DNA of 64,000 nucleotides from Thermodesulfobacteriota bacterium. Lineage in GTDB: Bacteria; Desulfobacterota; Syntrophorhabdia; Syntrophorhabdales; JANXAF01. The translations under genes were made by a program, and so were the position numbers. This document shows positions 26,456 through 35,373 of this stretch, one piece after another (position 1 is the first letter of the stretch; each line of letters begins with the position of its first letter). The notes under the pieces are model-generated. The model searched no databases. It was not told the DNA's origin and was given only the letters and a program-made list of their open reading frames with translations. Location: the NCBI GenBank assembly GCA_025062045.1, contig JANXAF010000003.1:41444-105443 (forward strand), in the 5' to 3' direction.

Positions 26456-27469
26456 TTACCTTTTTAGCTGAGCGATAAGCCTGGACTGGATCTCTTCCAT
26501 CTCTTTTGTCCAGAGTCCTTTTTCTTTGAAGTATTTGACTACGCCAGGATGGTAAGGGATTACTATATCCTTAGAGACGAAAACGTCTTGATCCCAATCT
26601 TTTAAGAGTTTATGGACAAGCTCAAACTCTTTATAGTTCTCATAAAGAGCCTTGACTATTGTATAAGCGACACTGTCAGGGAGCTCAGCCGTTGTTGCGA
26701 GATAGATGTCATAGACCCATAGGTACTGTTCCCCGCTTATGCCGACCGTACCAGGTCCTTCCTTAACCTTTGCCATGTAACCTGGAAAATACTTTTTCAT
26801 CCTCTCAACGAGATGGGGTGAGGGATCGAGTGGCAAGTATCTGGCACCCTTTTTAGCGTTGAGTTCCTCGATCACGGGAGAACCGAGCGTTATTGTGCCT
26901 GAAGCATCGGCCCTACCCTCGATTACCGCTTTTACCCCATCGGGTGGGGAATGGACAGGGACCATTATCACGTCTTTTTCCTCGAGCCCTCCGTTGGCTA
27001 AAAGGGCTAGGGTCTGGAGTGTTATGGAAGTCCTAGGGTATTTCCCTGCCACCTTCTTCCCTTTAAGATCGGCTATCTTTCTTACAGGAGAGTCCTTAGG
27101 CACAACGATTCCGATCTTATTCGGGACAGTGGGCGTGAGGATTCTCAAATTCGGAAAGCCCTTTCCCTGAGAAAGTTTCTCCCATTCGTACTTGCCTAAA
27201 ACTGCCATCTCCGCGTCCCACATGTTCATGACTCCTAGTTGTATCTCACCCCTTGCCATATAAGGCATCCACGCCTCCGGCCCCGACATCGGTTTAACTA
27301 TCGCCTTAAGGTTAGTCTTTTCATTTATGACTTTTGCTGCGGCAACACCGATTGTGTGGAAGAACGCACCTATTGGATTCGTTCCAATGTTTATCTGATC
27401 GGTCGAAAAGGAAAGATTGGCGAAAAATAGTATGAAAGAGGCTAAAAAAAGAAGAGTTGTCACTTTCAT
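26456..27469 (-). CDS. TAXI-family TRAP solute-binding protein with signal peptide
   Basis: Has the N-terminal signal MKVTTLLFLASFILFFANLSFS and a periplasmic-binding fold. I prefer the ATG at 27469 (GGGGG SD) over the track's GTG at 27484. Confidence 0.75.
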   Translation of the reverse strand: MKVTTLLFLASFILFFANLSFSTDQINIGTNPIGAFFHTIGVAAAKVINEKTNLKAIVKPMSGPEAWMPYMARGEIQLGVMNMWDAEMAVLGKYEWEKLSQGKGFPNLRILTPTVPNKIGIVVPKDSPVRKIADLKGKKVAGKYPRTSITLQTLALLANGGLEEKDVIMVPVHSPPDGVKAVIEGRADASGTITLGSPVIEELNAKKGARYLPLDPSPHLVERMKKYFPGYMAKVKEGPGTVGISGEQYLWVYDIYLATTAELPDSVAYTIVKALYENYKEFELVHKLLKDWDQDVFVSKDIVIPYHPGVVKYFKEKGLWTKEMEEIQSRLIAQLKR

Positions 27470-27480
27470 GTTTACCCCCT

Positions 27481-28230
27481 TCACGTTCTTTTTTGTGAAA
27501 AATAGTCGCTTTTTGCAAGCGCTTTCTCCATAACATCACCCACGTATCTTAGGTGATCTTCCAGTAACCTTTTCACCTCCTCTTTTTTTCCGTTTTTTAA
27601 GGCAAGAACTATCTTTTCGTGATCTGCAACGTTCTTTTTAGGAAAAGAAAAGGGAAGTTTCACCTGACTTCTAAAATCCGAAACGACCGTCATTATGAGT
27701 TCTATTACTAGGATGAAGACCGAATTCTTGGAGATCCTTGCCAGGTGTCTGTGAAACTCGATATTTTCGTGGAAAGGCTGAATTTTGTTCTTTATCTTTT
27801 CCTTCGACACTCGAACGTTCTCTTCAAGCGTTCGAATGTCTTCGGCGGTAACATTTTCTAAAACATGCTTTATCATAATCTTTTCGATCTCAATCCGTGC
27901 AACCGTGAGATCGTGGATATCTATCTTTCTCATAAGAAATGCTTCAAGAAAGAGGTTAGAAAATGTGTTCATTATTGTGTCGGCAACAAATGCTCCCTTA
28001 CCTAAACCTTTCTCAACTTTTATATAGCCTGAAAGCTCAAGTAGTCTCATGGCCTCTCTTATCGTCTGTCTTCCAACGTTAAATTTCCTTGCAAGCTCAG
28101 ATTCTGACGGAAGCCTATCGCCAGGTTTAAGCTCACCGGCTAAAATGAGCCTCTTAATCTCGTCTGAGACGACTTCAAACGTTCTCTTTCTAATGATGGG
28201 GGTAACGTTGAGAAGATGTGATACAGTCAT
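27481..28230 (-). CDS. GntR-family (FadR/FCD-type) transcriptional regulator
   Basis: 249 aa. Has the wHTH LPSESELARKFNVGRQTIREAMRLLELSGYI and an all-helical C-terminal domain. It is the first gene of the operon. Confidence 0.85.
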   Translation of the reverse strand: MTVSHLLNVTPIIRKRTFEVVSDEIKRLILAGELKPGDRLPSESELARKFNVGRQTIREAMRLLELSGYIKVEKGLGKGAFVADTIMNTFSNLFLEAFLMRKIDIHDLTVARIEIEKIMIKHVLENVTAEDIRTLEENVRVSKEKIKNKIQPFHENIEFHRHLARISKNSVFILVIELIMTVVSDFRSQVKLPFSFPKKNVADHEKIVLALKNGKKEEVKRLLEDHLRYVGDVMEKALAKSDYFSQKRT

Positions 28231-28240
28231 AATGTCATAC

Positions 28241-28269
28241 TTTTTACACCTTTATTTGGGGGATGTCAA
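28241..28269 (-). promoter_or_regulatory. putative sigma70-type promoter of the GntR-led operon, possibly giving a near-leaderless mRNA
   Basis: On the minus strand: TTGACA (28269-28264), a 17-nt spacer, TAAAAA (28246-28241), then 10 nt with no SD before the ATG at 28230. Confidence 0.35.
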
Positions 28270-28377
28270 GAAAAGCGGATAACAAGTAAAAAATCCTTAG
28301 GATTGCGTATAGAACAAATTTTGTTAGACCAATAGGTGTGGACAAGGAAAAAAAAATCGATTAAACTTATACCAAAT

Positions 28378-28453
28378 CGGGGCGTGGCGCAGCCTGGTCT
28401 AGCGCACTTGCTTGGGGTGCAAGAGGTCGCAGGTTCAAATCCCGTCGCCCCGA
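28378..28453 (+). tRNA. tRNA-Pro (anticodon GGG)
   Basis: Hand-folded cloverleaf. Acceptor CGGGGCG/CGCCCCG plus discriminator A. D-arm GCGC-AGCCTGGTCTA-GCGC. Anticodon arm CTTGC-TTGGGGT-GCAAG. T-loop TTCAAAT, with the T-stem carrying one G-U and one A-C mismatch. No encoded CCA. Confidence 0.85.
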
Positions 28454-28483
28454 TTGTTCATTTTACGGGCTTGAGGGGAAATC

Positions 28484-29233
28484 TTGCTAATCCTCCTTAC
28501 AAACGACGACGGTATAAATTCAGAAGGTATAAAGTACCTCAAAGAAAATCTATCGACAAAACACGAAGTTTTCGTAGTAGCACCGGACAGAGAGAGAACC
28601 TGTTCTGCCCATTCGATTACTCTCCATAAACCTTTAAGGATCACCAAGCATGAGGATCGCGTTTTTTCGACGAACGGTACACCTGCTGATTGCGTCCTTT
28701 TAGGGGTAAAGTGTGTTATTAAAAGACTACCTGATCTTGTCATCTCAGGAATAAATGGAGGTCCTAACCTTGGTCAGGACATATTCTATTCTGGCACGGT
28801 CGCAGCAGCAAGAGAAGGTGCCTTTTTAGGGATTCAGTCCATCGCAGTCTCAATAAACACTTACTTTGGTTTCAGATTCGAAGATGCCACGAAAATTGTG
28901 GAAGACATTATCCGAAGGTTAATGAAAAATCCGCTTCCAAAGGGTATCTTTCTCAACATCAACATTCCCAATCTTCCCTACGGGGAGATTAAAGGGTTTA
29001 TGGTCACATCACCCGGTGTGAGAATATACGACGACAAAGTTATAGAAAGGGAGGACCCGAGGGGAAAAAAGTACTACTGGATAGGTGGTAGTATAAATAA
29101 CGTAAAACCTAAGCGAGGAACAGACTTCTATGCTGTCAAAGAAGGATACGTGTCCGTCACACCACTTGACGCCTATTATCCAGCAAGCAGATCGAAAGAT
29201 TTGGTCAAAAAAATTTTCCGGAGGTGTCTATGA
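28484..29233 (+). CDS. surE: 5'/3'-nucleotidase SurE
   Basis: 249 aa with a TTG start. Has the hallmark ILLTNDDGINSEGI. Confidence 0.9.
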   Translation: MLILLTNDDGINSEGIKYLKENLSTKHEVFVVAPDRERTCSAHSITLHKPLRITKHEDRVFSTNGTPADCVLLGVKCVIKRLPDLVISGINGGPNLGQDIFYSGTVAAAREGAFLGIQSIAVSINTYFGFRFEDATKIVEDIIRRLMKNPLPKGIFLNINIPNLPYGEIKGFMVTSPGVRIYDDKVIEREDPRGKKYYWIGGSINNVKPKRGTDFYAVKEGYVSVTPLDAYYPASRSKDLVKKIFRRCL

Positions 29234-30333
29234 AGGTCACTCTTTCGGTGATTAAGGCGGATATTGGAAGCATTGGAGGTCACCTAAGGCCGAGCAGTCA
29301 GGTTTTGACAAGGGTAAGGGAATATGTGGCGGAAAACGGTAAGGATCTCATATACGATTTTTTCGTATCGTATACGGGAGATGACATAGCGATTCTTTTC
29401 TCACACGGTTTGGGCGTGGGAAATGAAAAGATCCATAAACTCGCATGGGATGCGTTTGTTGCTGGAACAGAGGTCGCAAAAAGTCAAGGTTTGTACGGGG
29501 CGGGACAGGATCTTTTAAAAGATTCTTTTTCTGGAAATGTCAGGGGAATGGGTCCTGCCGTGTGCGAAATGGAGTTTGAAGAAAGACCGAACGAACCCTT
29601 CGTTCTTTTTGCCGCGGATAAAACGGATCCCGGTGCGTACAATCTTCCCCTTTATTTAGCATTTGCGGACCCAATGTACAACTCGGGTCTCATCCTTTCT
29701 CCGAATATGGAGAAGGGGTTTAAATTCACCATAATGGATGTGAGCTATACGGAAGGGGACAGAATTATAGAACTTTATGCTCCCGAGGATCTCTACGACA
29801 TAGCAGCTCTTTTGAGGGACAACGAGCGGTTTGTTATCGAATCTATCCATTCCAGAGAGACTGGTGAAATAGGGGCGTGCGTGAGTACGACAAGACTCCA
29901 CAATATAGCGGGAAAGTACATAGGAAAGGACGACCCAGTTATGCTTGTTAGAGTTCAGGGGCCTTTTCCGGCAACGGGTGAGCTTTTGGCACCTTTTAGC
30001 ATCGGACACTACGTTGCCGGATTCATGAGGGGAAGTCATACGGGCCCTCTCATGCCGGTAAAGATGAACTCCAGCGTTTCATATTTCGACGGACCCCCTT
30101 GTGTCTGTGCCATAGGATTTTGCGTTCACAACGGAAAATTGACGGAGCCGGCAGATTGTTTCGACCATCCTTACTGGGACTGGGTTAGACAAAACGTATC
30201 TAGAAAGGCAACGGAGATGAGAATGCAAGGGTTCTCGGGTTGTGCTATGCTGCCATACTCTGAGCTTGAATATGGAGGAATTGTCAAAAAGATGGAAAAA
30301 CTGGAACGGAAATTCAAAGTCAGGGGGCGGTAA
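29230..30333 (+). CDS. fbp: fructose-1,6-bisphosphate aldolase/phosphatase (class V FBPase)
   Basis: Has MKVTLSVIKADIGSIGGH, and its length of about 367 aa is typical. The ATG at 29230 is preceded by GGAGG and overlaps the surE stop (ATGA). Confidence 0.9.
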   Translation: MKVTLSVIKADIGSIGGHLRPSSQVLTRVREYVAENGKDLIYDFFVSYTGDDIAILFSHGLGVGNEKIHKLAWDAFVAGTEVAKSQGLYGAGQDLLKDSFSGNVRGMGPAVCEMEFEERPNEPFVLFAADKTDPGAYNLPLYLAFADPMYNSGLILSPNMEKGFKFTIMDVSYTEGDRIIELYAPEDLYDIAALLRDNERFVIESIHSRETGEIGACVSTTRLHNIAGKYIGKDDPVMLVRVQGPFPATGELLAPFSIGHYVAGFMRGSHTGPLMPVKMNSSVSYFDGPPCVCAIGFCVHNGKLTEPADCFDHPYWDWVRQNVSRKATEMRMQGFSGCAMLPYSELEYGGIVKKMEKLERKFKVRGR

Positions 30334-30335
30334 GT

Positions 30336-31646
30336 TTGAAGTTCTTCATCGAAACTATGGGATGCCAAATGAATGAGCACGATTCTGAAAAGATGGCATC
30401 CCTCCTAAAGGGAAGAGGATTTGAAGAAGTGAGTGATCCTCTGCATGCAGATGTCGTAATTGTAAATAGTTGCTGTGTGAGAAAGAAGGCGGAAGAGAAG
30501 TTTTTAAGCTACCTCGGCAGGCTAAGAAGGTTAAAAGGGAAAAAAAACCTGATTATAGGAGCAACCGGTTGTATTGTTCAACTAGAAAAGGAAGCATTAG
30601 TCGAAAGAATGGGATATGTGGATTTCTTCCTCGGCCCTTCTTCTATCCACAAAATAGTAGATGCCGTAGAGACGGCAAAGAGAGGCATAAGATATTGGGA
30701 CTTCACTGAGGACGGAACCGAAACGCTCTGTCTGAAACCTGCAACGGAGCAAAAAAAGATAAAAGCTTACGTTACGATCATGAAGGGCTGCAATAACTTC
30801 TGTAGCTACTGTATTGTCCCATACACCAGGGGAAGGGAAGAGAGTAGAAGAAGCGAAGAAATACTTGACGAAATAAGAATGCTCGCCGAAAGTGGTGTAA
30901 AAGAGATAACCTTACTCGGTCAAAATGTAAATTCCTACAACAGAGGCTCAAACGACATCCCATTTCCGGAATTACTGAAGAGAATTAATGAAATACAGGG
31001 AATTGAACGAATAAGATTCGTGACTTCTCATCCCAAAGATCTCTCCGACGATCTTATAAACTGTTTTGGAACGTTAAGTAAGCTCTGTGAACATATTCAC
31101 CTTCCCTTCCAGTCTGGTTCAAATAAGATACTTGCCCTCATGAATAGGAATTACACGAAGGAAGAGTACCTTGAGAAAGTCGAAAAACTGAGGAAGGTTT
31201 GTCCGGGAATTGCTATAACTGCTGATTGCATCGTTGGATTTCCTGGAGAAGAGGATGAAGATTTTGAAGAGACCATGGATCTTGTAAGGAGGGTTAGATT
31301 TCACAATATCTTCTCGTTCGCCTACTCCCCAAGAAAGTATACTTCGGCACTTCTTCTACCCAATCCTGTGCCGAGAGAAAAAGCATTGGAAAGACTCTAC
31401 ATACTCCAAAAAGAACAAAAAAGGATAACACTCGAACGGAACATGGAGCTCGAGGGAAAAAAGGTGGAGGTACTGATAGAAGGGGTGAGCAAAAAGTCAA
31501 GCTCAGAACTTACGGGGCGCACAAGGACAAATGTAATTGTAAATTTCGAGGGACCTATGGGGCTTATAGGAAGGACGGTTGAAGTTCTTGTGACAAAAGG
31601 TTATGCTAATTCGGTAAAGGGGGTTCTTATAGGGCACCAAAAGTAA
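30336..31646 (+). CDS. miaB: tRNA-i6A37 methylthiotransferase MiaB
   Basis: 436 aa with a TTG start. Has an N-terminal UPF0004 domain (ETMGCQMNEHDSE), the radical-SAM motif CNNFCSYCIVP, and a C-terminal TRAM domain. Confidence 0.9.
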   Translation: MKFFIETMGCQMNEHDSEKMASLLKGRGFEEVSDPLHADVVIVNSCCVRKKAEEKFLSYLGRLRRLKGKKNLIIGATGCIVQLEKEALVERMGYVDFFLGPSSIHKIVDAVETAKRGIRYWDFTEDGTETLCLKPATEQKKIKAYVTIMKGCNNFCSYCIVPYTRGREESRRSEEILDEIRMLAESGVKEITLLGQNVNSYNRGSNDIPFPELLKRINEIQGIERIRFVTSHPKDLSDDLINCFGTLSKLCEHIHLPFQSGSNKILALMNRNYTKEEYLEKVEKLRKVCPGIAITADCIVGFPGEEDEDFEETMDLVRRVRFHNIFSFAYSPRKYTSALLLPNPVPREKALERLYILQKEQKRITLERNMELEGKKVEVLIEGVSKKSSSELTGRTRTNVIVNFEGPMGLIGRTVEVLVTKGYANSVKGVLIGHQK

Positions 31647-31662
31647 AAAATAGGAGGAAAAC

Positions 31663-32160
31663 ATGTTACGAGAAATGAGGGTTGCCGGCATAACGGTTGA
31701 TCCATTCACCAACACGCCCATTGTCATTCTAAAGGACATGGAAGATAGGGATGTTCTTCCGATCTGGATAGGATTGTTGGAGGCAAGCAGTATAGCCACG
31801 GCCTTGGAACATTTGCCAACACCAAGGCCTATGACTCATGATCTCATGAAAAACATTCTTGAGAGTTTAGGGGTAAGGGTGGTGAAGATAGAGATTAACG
31901 ATCTTAGGGACAACACTTACTACGCTTTAATCCACTTGGACATAAATGGCAGAAGGCTTGTTATAGATTCCAGACCTTCTGATGCGATAGCCCTTGCCCT
32001 TCGGGTTGAAGCACCGATTTATGTTGATGAGGAAGTACTTAGAAAATCCCAAAGGGCAGATGTCGAAAAGAAGGGAGACAAGGTCGTTACCGATTCAAAA
32101 GAATGGGAGGACATCTTAGAAAGCCTTTCTCCAGATGATTTCGGCAAATACAAAATGTAA
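31663..32160 (+). CDS. bifunctional nuclease (BFN/DUF151) family protein
   Basis: 165 aa. Has PIVILKD...LPIWIG..EA..I, RPMTHDL and IDSRPSDAIALAL. Confidence 0.8.
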   Translation: MLREMRVAGITVDPFTNTPIVILKDMEDRDVLPIWIGLLEASSIATALEHLPTPRPMTHDLMKNILESLGVRVVKIEINDLRDNTYYALIHLDINGRRLVIDSRPSDAIALALRVEAPIYVDEEVLRKSQRADVEKKGDKVVTDSKEWEDILESLSPDDFGKYKM

Positions 32161-32162
32161 CC

Positions 32163-32819
32163 ATGATAGACCTTCACACCCACTCTTTGCTGAGCGACGG
32201 GGAACTTGTGCCGTCCGAGCTTGCGCGAAGGGCATACGTAAAAGGGTACAAAGTAATTGGGATATCCGATCACGCTGACTTAACGAATTTCGAAAGAATA
32301 ACTCAGTCCATCCTAAAGATAACGGAAGGCCAATACTGGGGAATTAAGATAGTTCCGGGAATAGAGCTCACCCACGTTCCTGCATCCATGTTGAAAAACG
32401 TAATAGAAAGGGTGAGAAAAGAAGGGATATGTTATGTAACTGTGCACGGAGAAACGATCACCGAACCGGTTGAGGAAGGTACAAATAGAGCCGCTATAGA
32501 GGCAGGATGTGACATTCTAGCCCATCCAGGCCTAATAAATGAAGAGGATGTGAAACTTGCTGCAAAAATGGGAGTTTTTTTGGAGATAAGCGCAAGGAAA
32601 GGACATTCTTTGGGAAACGGGAGAGTGGCAATGCTTTCAAAAAAGTACGGGGCCAAGCTCATATTTGGAAGTGATGCCCATAGCCCGAGTGACCTTGTGG
32701 ACGAAACTTTAGCGAAAAAGATCGTCGTTGGTGCGGGGTTGGATGAGGACGACTTTTACGAAATGCAAAAAGTTGCATGGGAGTTTGTAAAAGAAATTGA
32801 AAGAAGGAAAGGAAGATGA
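32163..32819 (+). CDS. PHP-domain phosphoesterase (possible histidinol-phosphatase)
   Basis: 218 aa. Has the N-terminal IDLHTHSLLSDG and later SDHAD, VHGE and GSDAHS metal-ligand motifs. There is a 4-nt overlap with hisC. Confidence 0.7.
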   Translation: MIDLHTHSLLSDGELVPSELARRAYVKGYKVIGISDHADLTNFERITQSILKITEGQYWGIKIVPGIELTHVPASMLKNVIERVRKEGICYVTVHGETITEPVEEGTNRAAIEAGCDILAHPGLINEEDVKLAAKMGVFLEISARKGHSLGNGRVAMLSKKYGAKLIFGSDAHSPSDLVDETLAKKIVVGAGLDEDDFYEMQKVAWEFVKEIERRKGR

Positions 32820-33883
32820 AATTCAGCGTTGATGAAAGGCTAAAAAACCTTCCTTCTTACCCTAAGGCTTCCGCATACGGGTATAATGGTTCCTTCGTCC
32901 AACTTTCCGCAAACGAAAGTCCCTATCCACCTTCTCCGCACGTAATCTCCGCCCTCATAGACTCTCTTATGTATCTTAACAGGTATCCACCCAGCGAAAA
33001 CGAGTTAAAAGAGGCGATAGCGAAAAGATTCAACGTGGCTTCTGAGAATGTGATAATCGGGTGTGGATCGAATGAGATCATAGAGCTTGTATTGAAGGTG
33101 TCAAAAAAAGAGAGTAAAAACAAAGTCATCATACCCCATCCAACTTTCGCTTTTTACGCAATAGCGGCAAATATATACGGCTACGAGGTAATTAGGGTCC
33201 CCCTTAGAGATTTTCGCATTTCCCTCGATGAAATAAAAAAAAACTTGGATGAGAAAGTAAGGGTCATATTCCTTTCGAATCCCAATAATCCTACAGGGAC
33301 CATAATGAAAAGGGATGAGTTTGAGTCGTTCATAGCGGAGATACCCCCGGAGATTCTTCTAGTGATAGACGAAGCATACTACGAGTTCGTAGAATCGAAG
33401 GAGTATCCGACTTCGTCCAAATACATCGAACGGGTGCCGGTTATAACTCTGCGAACTTTTTCCAAAGCGTATGGACTTGCAGGATTAAGAGTTGGCTATG
33501 GTATTGGCGATGCGGAGTTTATAGAGATTCTCCATAAGGCAAGGCAGCCATTCAGCATAAGTAGTTTAGCACTTGTAGCGGCTAAAGCTGCTTTGGAGGA
33601 TGCCTCATATACTAAGAAGATCGTAAAATCTATTTTAAAACAAAAGGAGATACTTTACGATGGTCTTCGCGAGATTGGAATCGAGTTTGTTCCCAGTGAG
33701 GCGAATTTTGTTCTAGTAAAATTCGGGAAGGGGGCGGAGAATATTTGCAGAATGCTTTTAGAGCAAGGTATTATAGTCCGATGGATGGGGCCTATGGGGC
33801 TTCCGGAATACGTCCGAGTTACAGTAGGAAAGAAAGAAGAGACCGAGTTGTTCTTAGGTACACTCAGGAGGCTTGTAAGCTGA
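32816..33883 (+). CDS. hisC: histidinol-phosphate aminotransferase
   Basis: 355 aa. Has LSANESPYPPSP, NPNNPTG, and the PLP-lysine context TFSKAYGLAGLRVGY. Confidence 0.9.
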   Translation: MKFSVDERLKNLPSYPKASAYGYNGSFVQLSANESPYPPSPHVISALIDSLMYLNRYPPSENELKEAIAKRFNVASENVIIGCGSNEIIELVLKVSKKESKNKVIIPHPTFAFYAIAANIYGYEVIRVPLRDFRISLDEIKKNLDEKVRVIFLSNPNNPTGTIMKRDEFESFIAEIPPEILLVIDEAYYEFVESKEYPTSSKYIERVPVITLRTFSKAYGLAGLRVGYGIGDAEFIEILHKARQPFSISSLALVAAKAALEDASYTKKIVKSILKQKEILYDGLREIGIEFVPSEANFVLVKFGKGAENICRMLLEQGIIVRWMGPMGLPEYVRVTVGKKEETELFLGTLRRLVS

Positions 33884-33884
33884 G

Positions 33885-34547
33885 ATGAAAAAACTGATAA
33901 TCACCATAGATGGCCCGTCGGGAGCTGGGAAAAGCACTGTGGCTAAAATCCTAGCGGAAAAACTGAACTACAAATACATCGACACAGGTGCGATGTTCAG
34001 AGGGGTTGCATATGCGTATAAGCAGAAAGGGAAAGTGGCTAAAATAGAGGATATTTTGAGGGATCTAGGGCTCAATTTCGAGTTCGAAAAAGAAACGAAA
34101 GTTTTTTTTGAAGGGGTGGAACTCAGAGATGAACTTCGGGAACCCGAAATTTCGATGCTCGCATCTAAGCTTTCAAAGAATCCTGCTGTTAGAGAGTACC
34201 TAAAAGAATTGCAAAGAGAGGCTGGGAAAAACGGAGGAATAGTAATAGAAGGGAGAGATACGGGAAGTGTGGTCTTTCCAGATGCGGATCTTAAATTTTT
34301 TCTCGACGCTAATTTGGAGGAGAGGGCTAGACGGAGGTTCTTGGAATTAAAGAGAAAAAAAGATGATGTAGACTTTGAAACTGTAAAGCTAGAGATAGAA
34401 ATAAGGGATAAAGAGGATAGCCAGAGGAAAATAGCTCCCCTTGTTATTCCGCCAGGTGCCTTCTATTTGGATACTACGTATATGACGGTAGAGCAAGTAG
34501 TTGACGAACTTTTAAGAAGGATCCGGATTGATTATGGAGATAGTTAG
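33885..34547 (+). CDS. cmk: cytidylate kinase
   Basis: 220 aa. Has the P-loop IDGPSGAGKST and YIDTGAMFR. Confidence 0.9.
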   Translation: MKKLIITIDGPSGAGKSTVAKILAEKLNYKYIDTGAMFRGVAYAYKQKGKVAKIEDILRDLGLNFEFEKETKVFFEGVELRDELREPEISMLASKLSKNPAVREYLKELQREAGKNGGIVIEGRDTGSVVFPDADLKFFLDANLEERARRRFLELKRKKDDVDFETVKLEIEIRDKEDSQRKIAPLVIPPGAFYLDTTYMTVEQVVDELLRRIRIDYGDS

Positions 34548-35373
34548 GGCAAACAATTCGGGTTTCTGTTTCGGAGTGCGAAGAGCAGTTGACATGGTAT
34601 CCCGATTACTGGAAAAAAAAGAAGGCCCAATCTACACAATCGGTCCCATAATTCACAATCCTGATATGGTTCGGCTTTTAGAGGAGAAAGGGGTTATTCC
34701 TGTAGAAGACGTAAAAGAAGTGGTTCGAGGGACCGTGGTCTTTAGAACTCACGGGATACTTAAAGAGGAGGAAGATTACATAAGGAGCAAAAGAATAAAA
34801 GCTATAGATGCTACCTGCCCTTTTGTGAAGAGAGTAAGAAAGGAAGCTTGCAAGTTGAAAAAGAGCGGATACAAGGTTGTAATAGTCGGAGACAGAGAGC
34901 ACCAAGAAGTCAAAAGTATATTGAGTTACGTAGGGAATGATGGTATTGTAATTGAGCATCCGCAAGAGATAAAGGGCAAAAAGATAGGAATTGTAAGCCA
35001 GACTACACAGAGCCGCGAAGTCCTAAAGAAAGTCGTAGATAGGCTTCTTGAGACTGCGGAAGAGATAAAGGTGGTAAATACAATATGCGAAGCCGTGGAA
35101 AGAAGGCTGAAAGAGGCAATAAGTATAGCCGAAATAGCCGATGTTATGATAGTCGTAGGGGGGAAGGAGAGTTCTAACACAAAAAAACTATTCAAAGCTG
35201 TAAAAAACGTAAGGCCTCGTTCGTACCATGTGGAGAACGAGGAAGATTTAGACCCCCTGTGGTTTAAAGGTGTCCGGGTTGTGGGCCTTACTGGCGGAAC
35301 ATCAACGCCCGATTTTATTATGGACAGGGTCTATTACCGCATAAAAAACGTGTGTGGGGGAAAGGATGGCTGA
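34534..35373 (+). CDS. ispH: 4-hydroxy-3-methylbut-2-enyl diphosphate reductase
   Basis: Has MEIVRANNSGFCFGVRRAV, ATCPFV and NTICEAV, which carry the three cluster cysteines. The ATG at 34534 is preferred over the track's TTG at 34528. Confidence 0.9.
   Translation: MEIVRANNSGFCFGVRRAVDMVSRLLEKKEGPIYTIGPIIHNPDMVRLLEEKGVIPVEDVKEVVRGTVVFRTHGILKEEEDYIRSKRIKAIDATCPFVKRVRKEACKLKKSGYKVVIVGDREHQEVKSILSYVGNDGIVIEHPQEIKGKKIGIVSQTTQSREVLKKVVDRLLETAEEIKVVNTICEAVERRLKEAISIAEIADVMIVVGGKESSNTKKLFKAVKNVRPRSYHVENEEDLDPLWFKGVRVVGLTGGTSTPDFIMDRVYYRIKNVCGGKDG

Noticed and set aside
28336-28629. A 97-aa ORF spanning tRNA-Pro, and a 76-aa ORF (51608..51838) spanning tRNA-Phe.
   Set aside because: Both simply read through well-folded tRNA genes and intergenic DNA. 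They have no RBS and are not coding.
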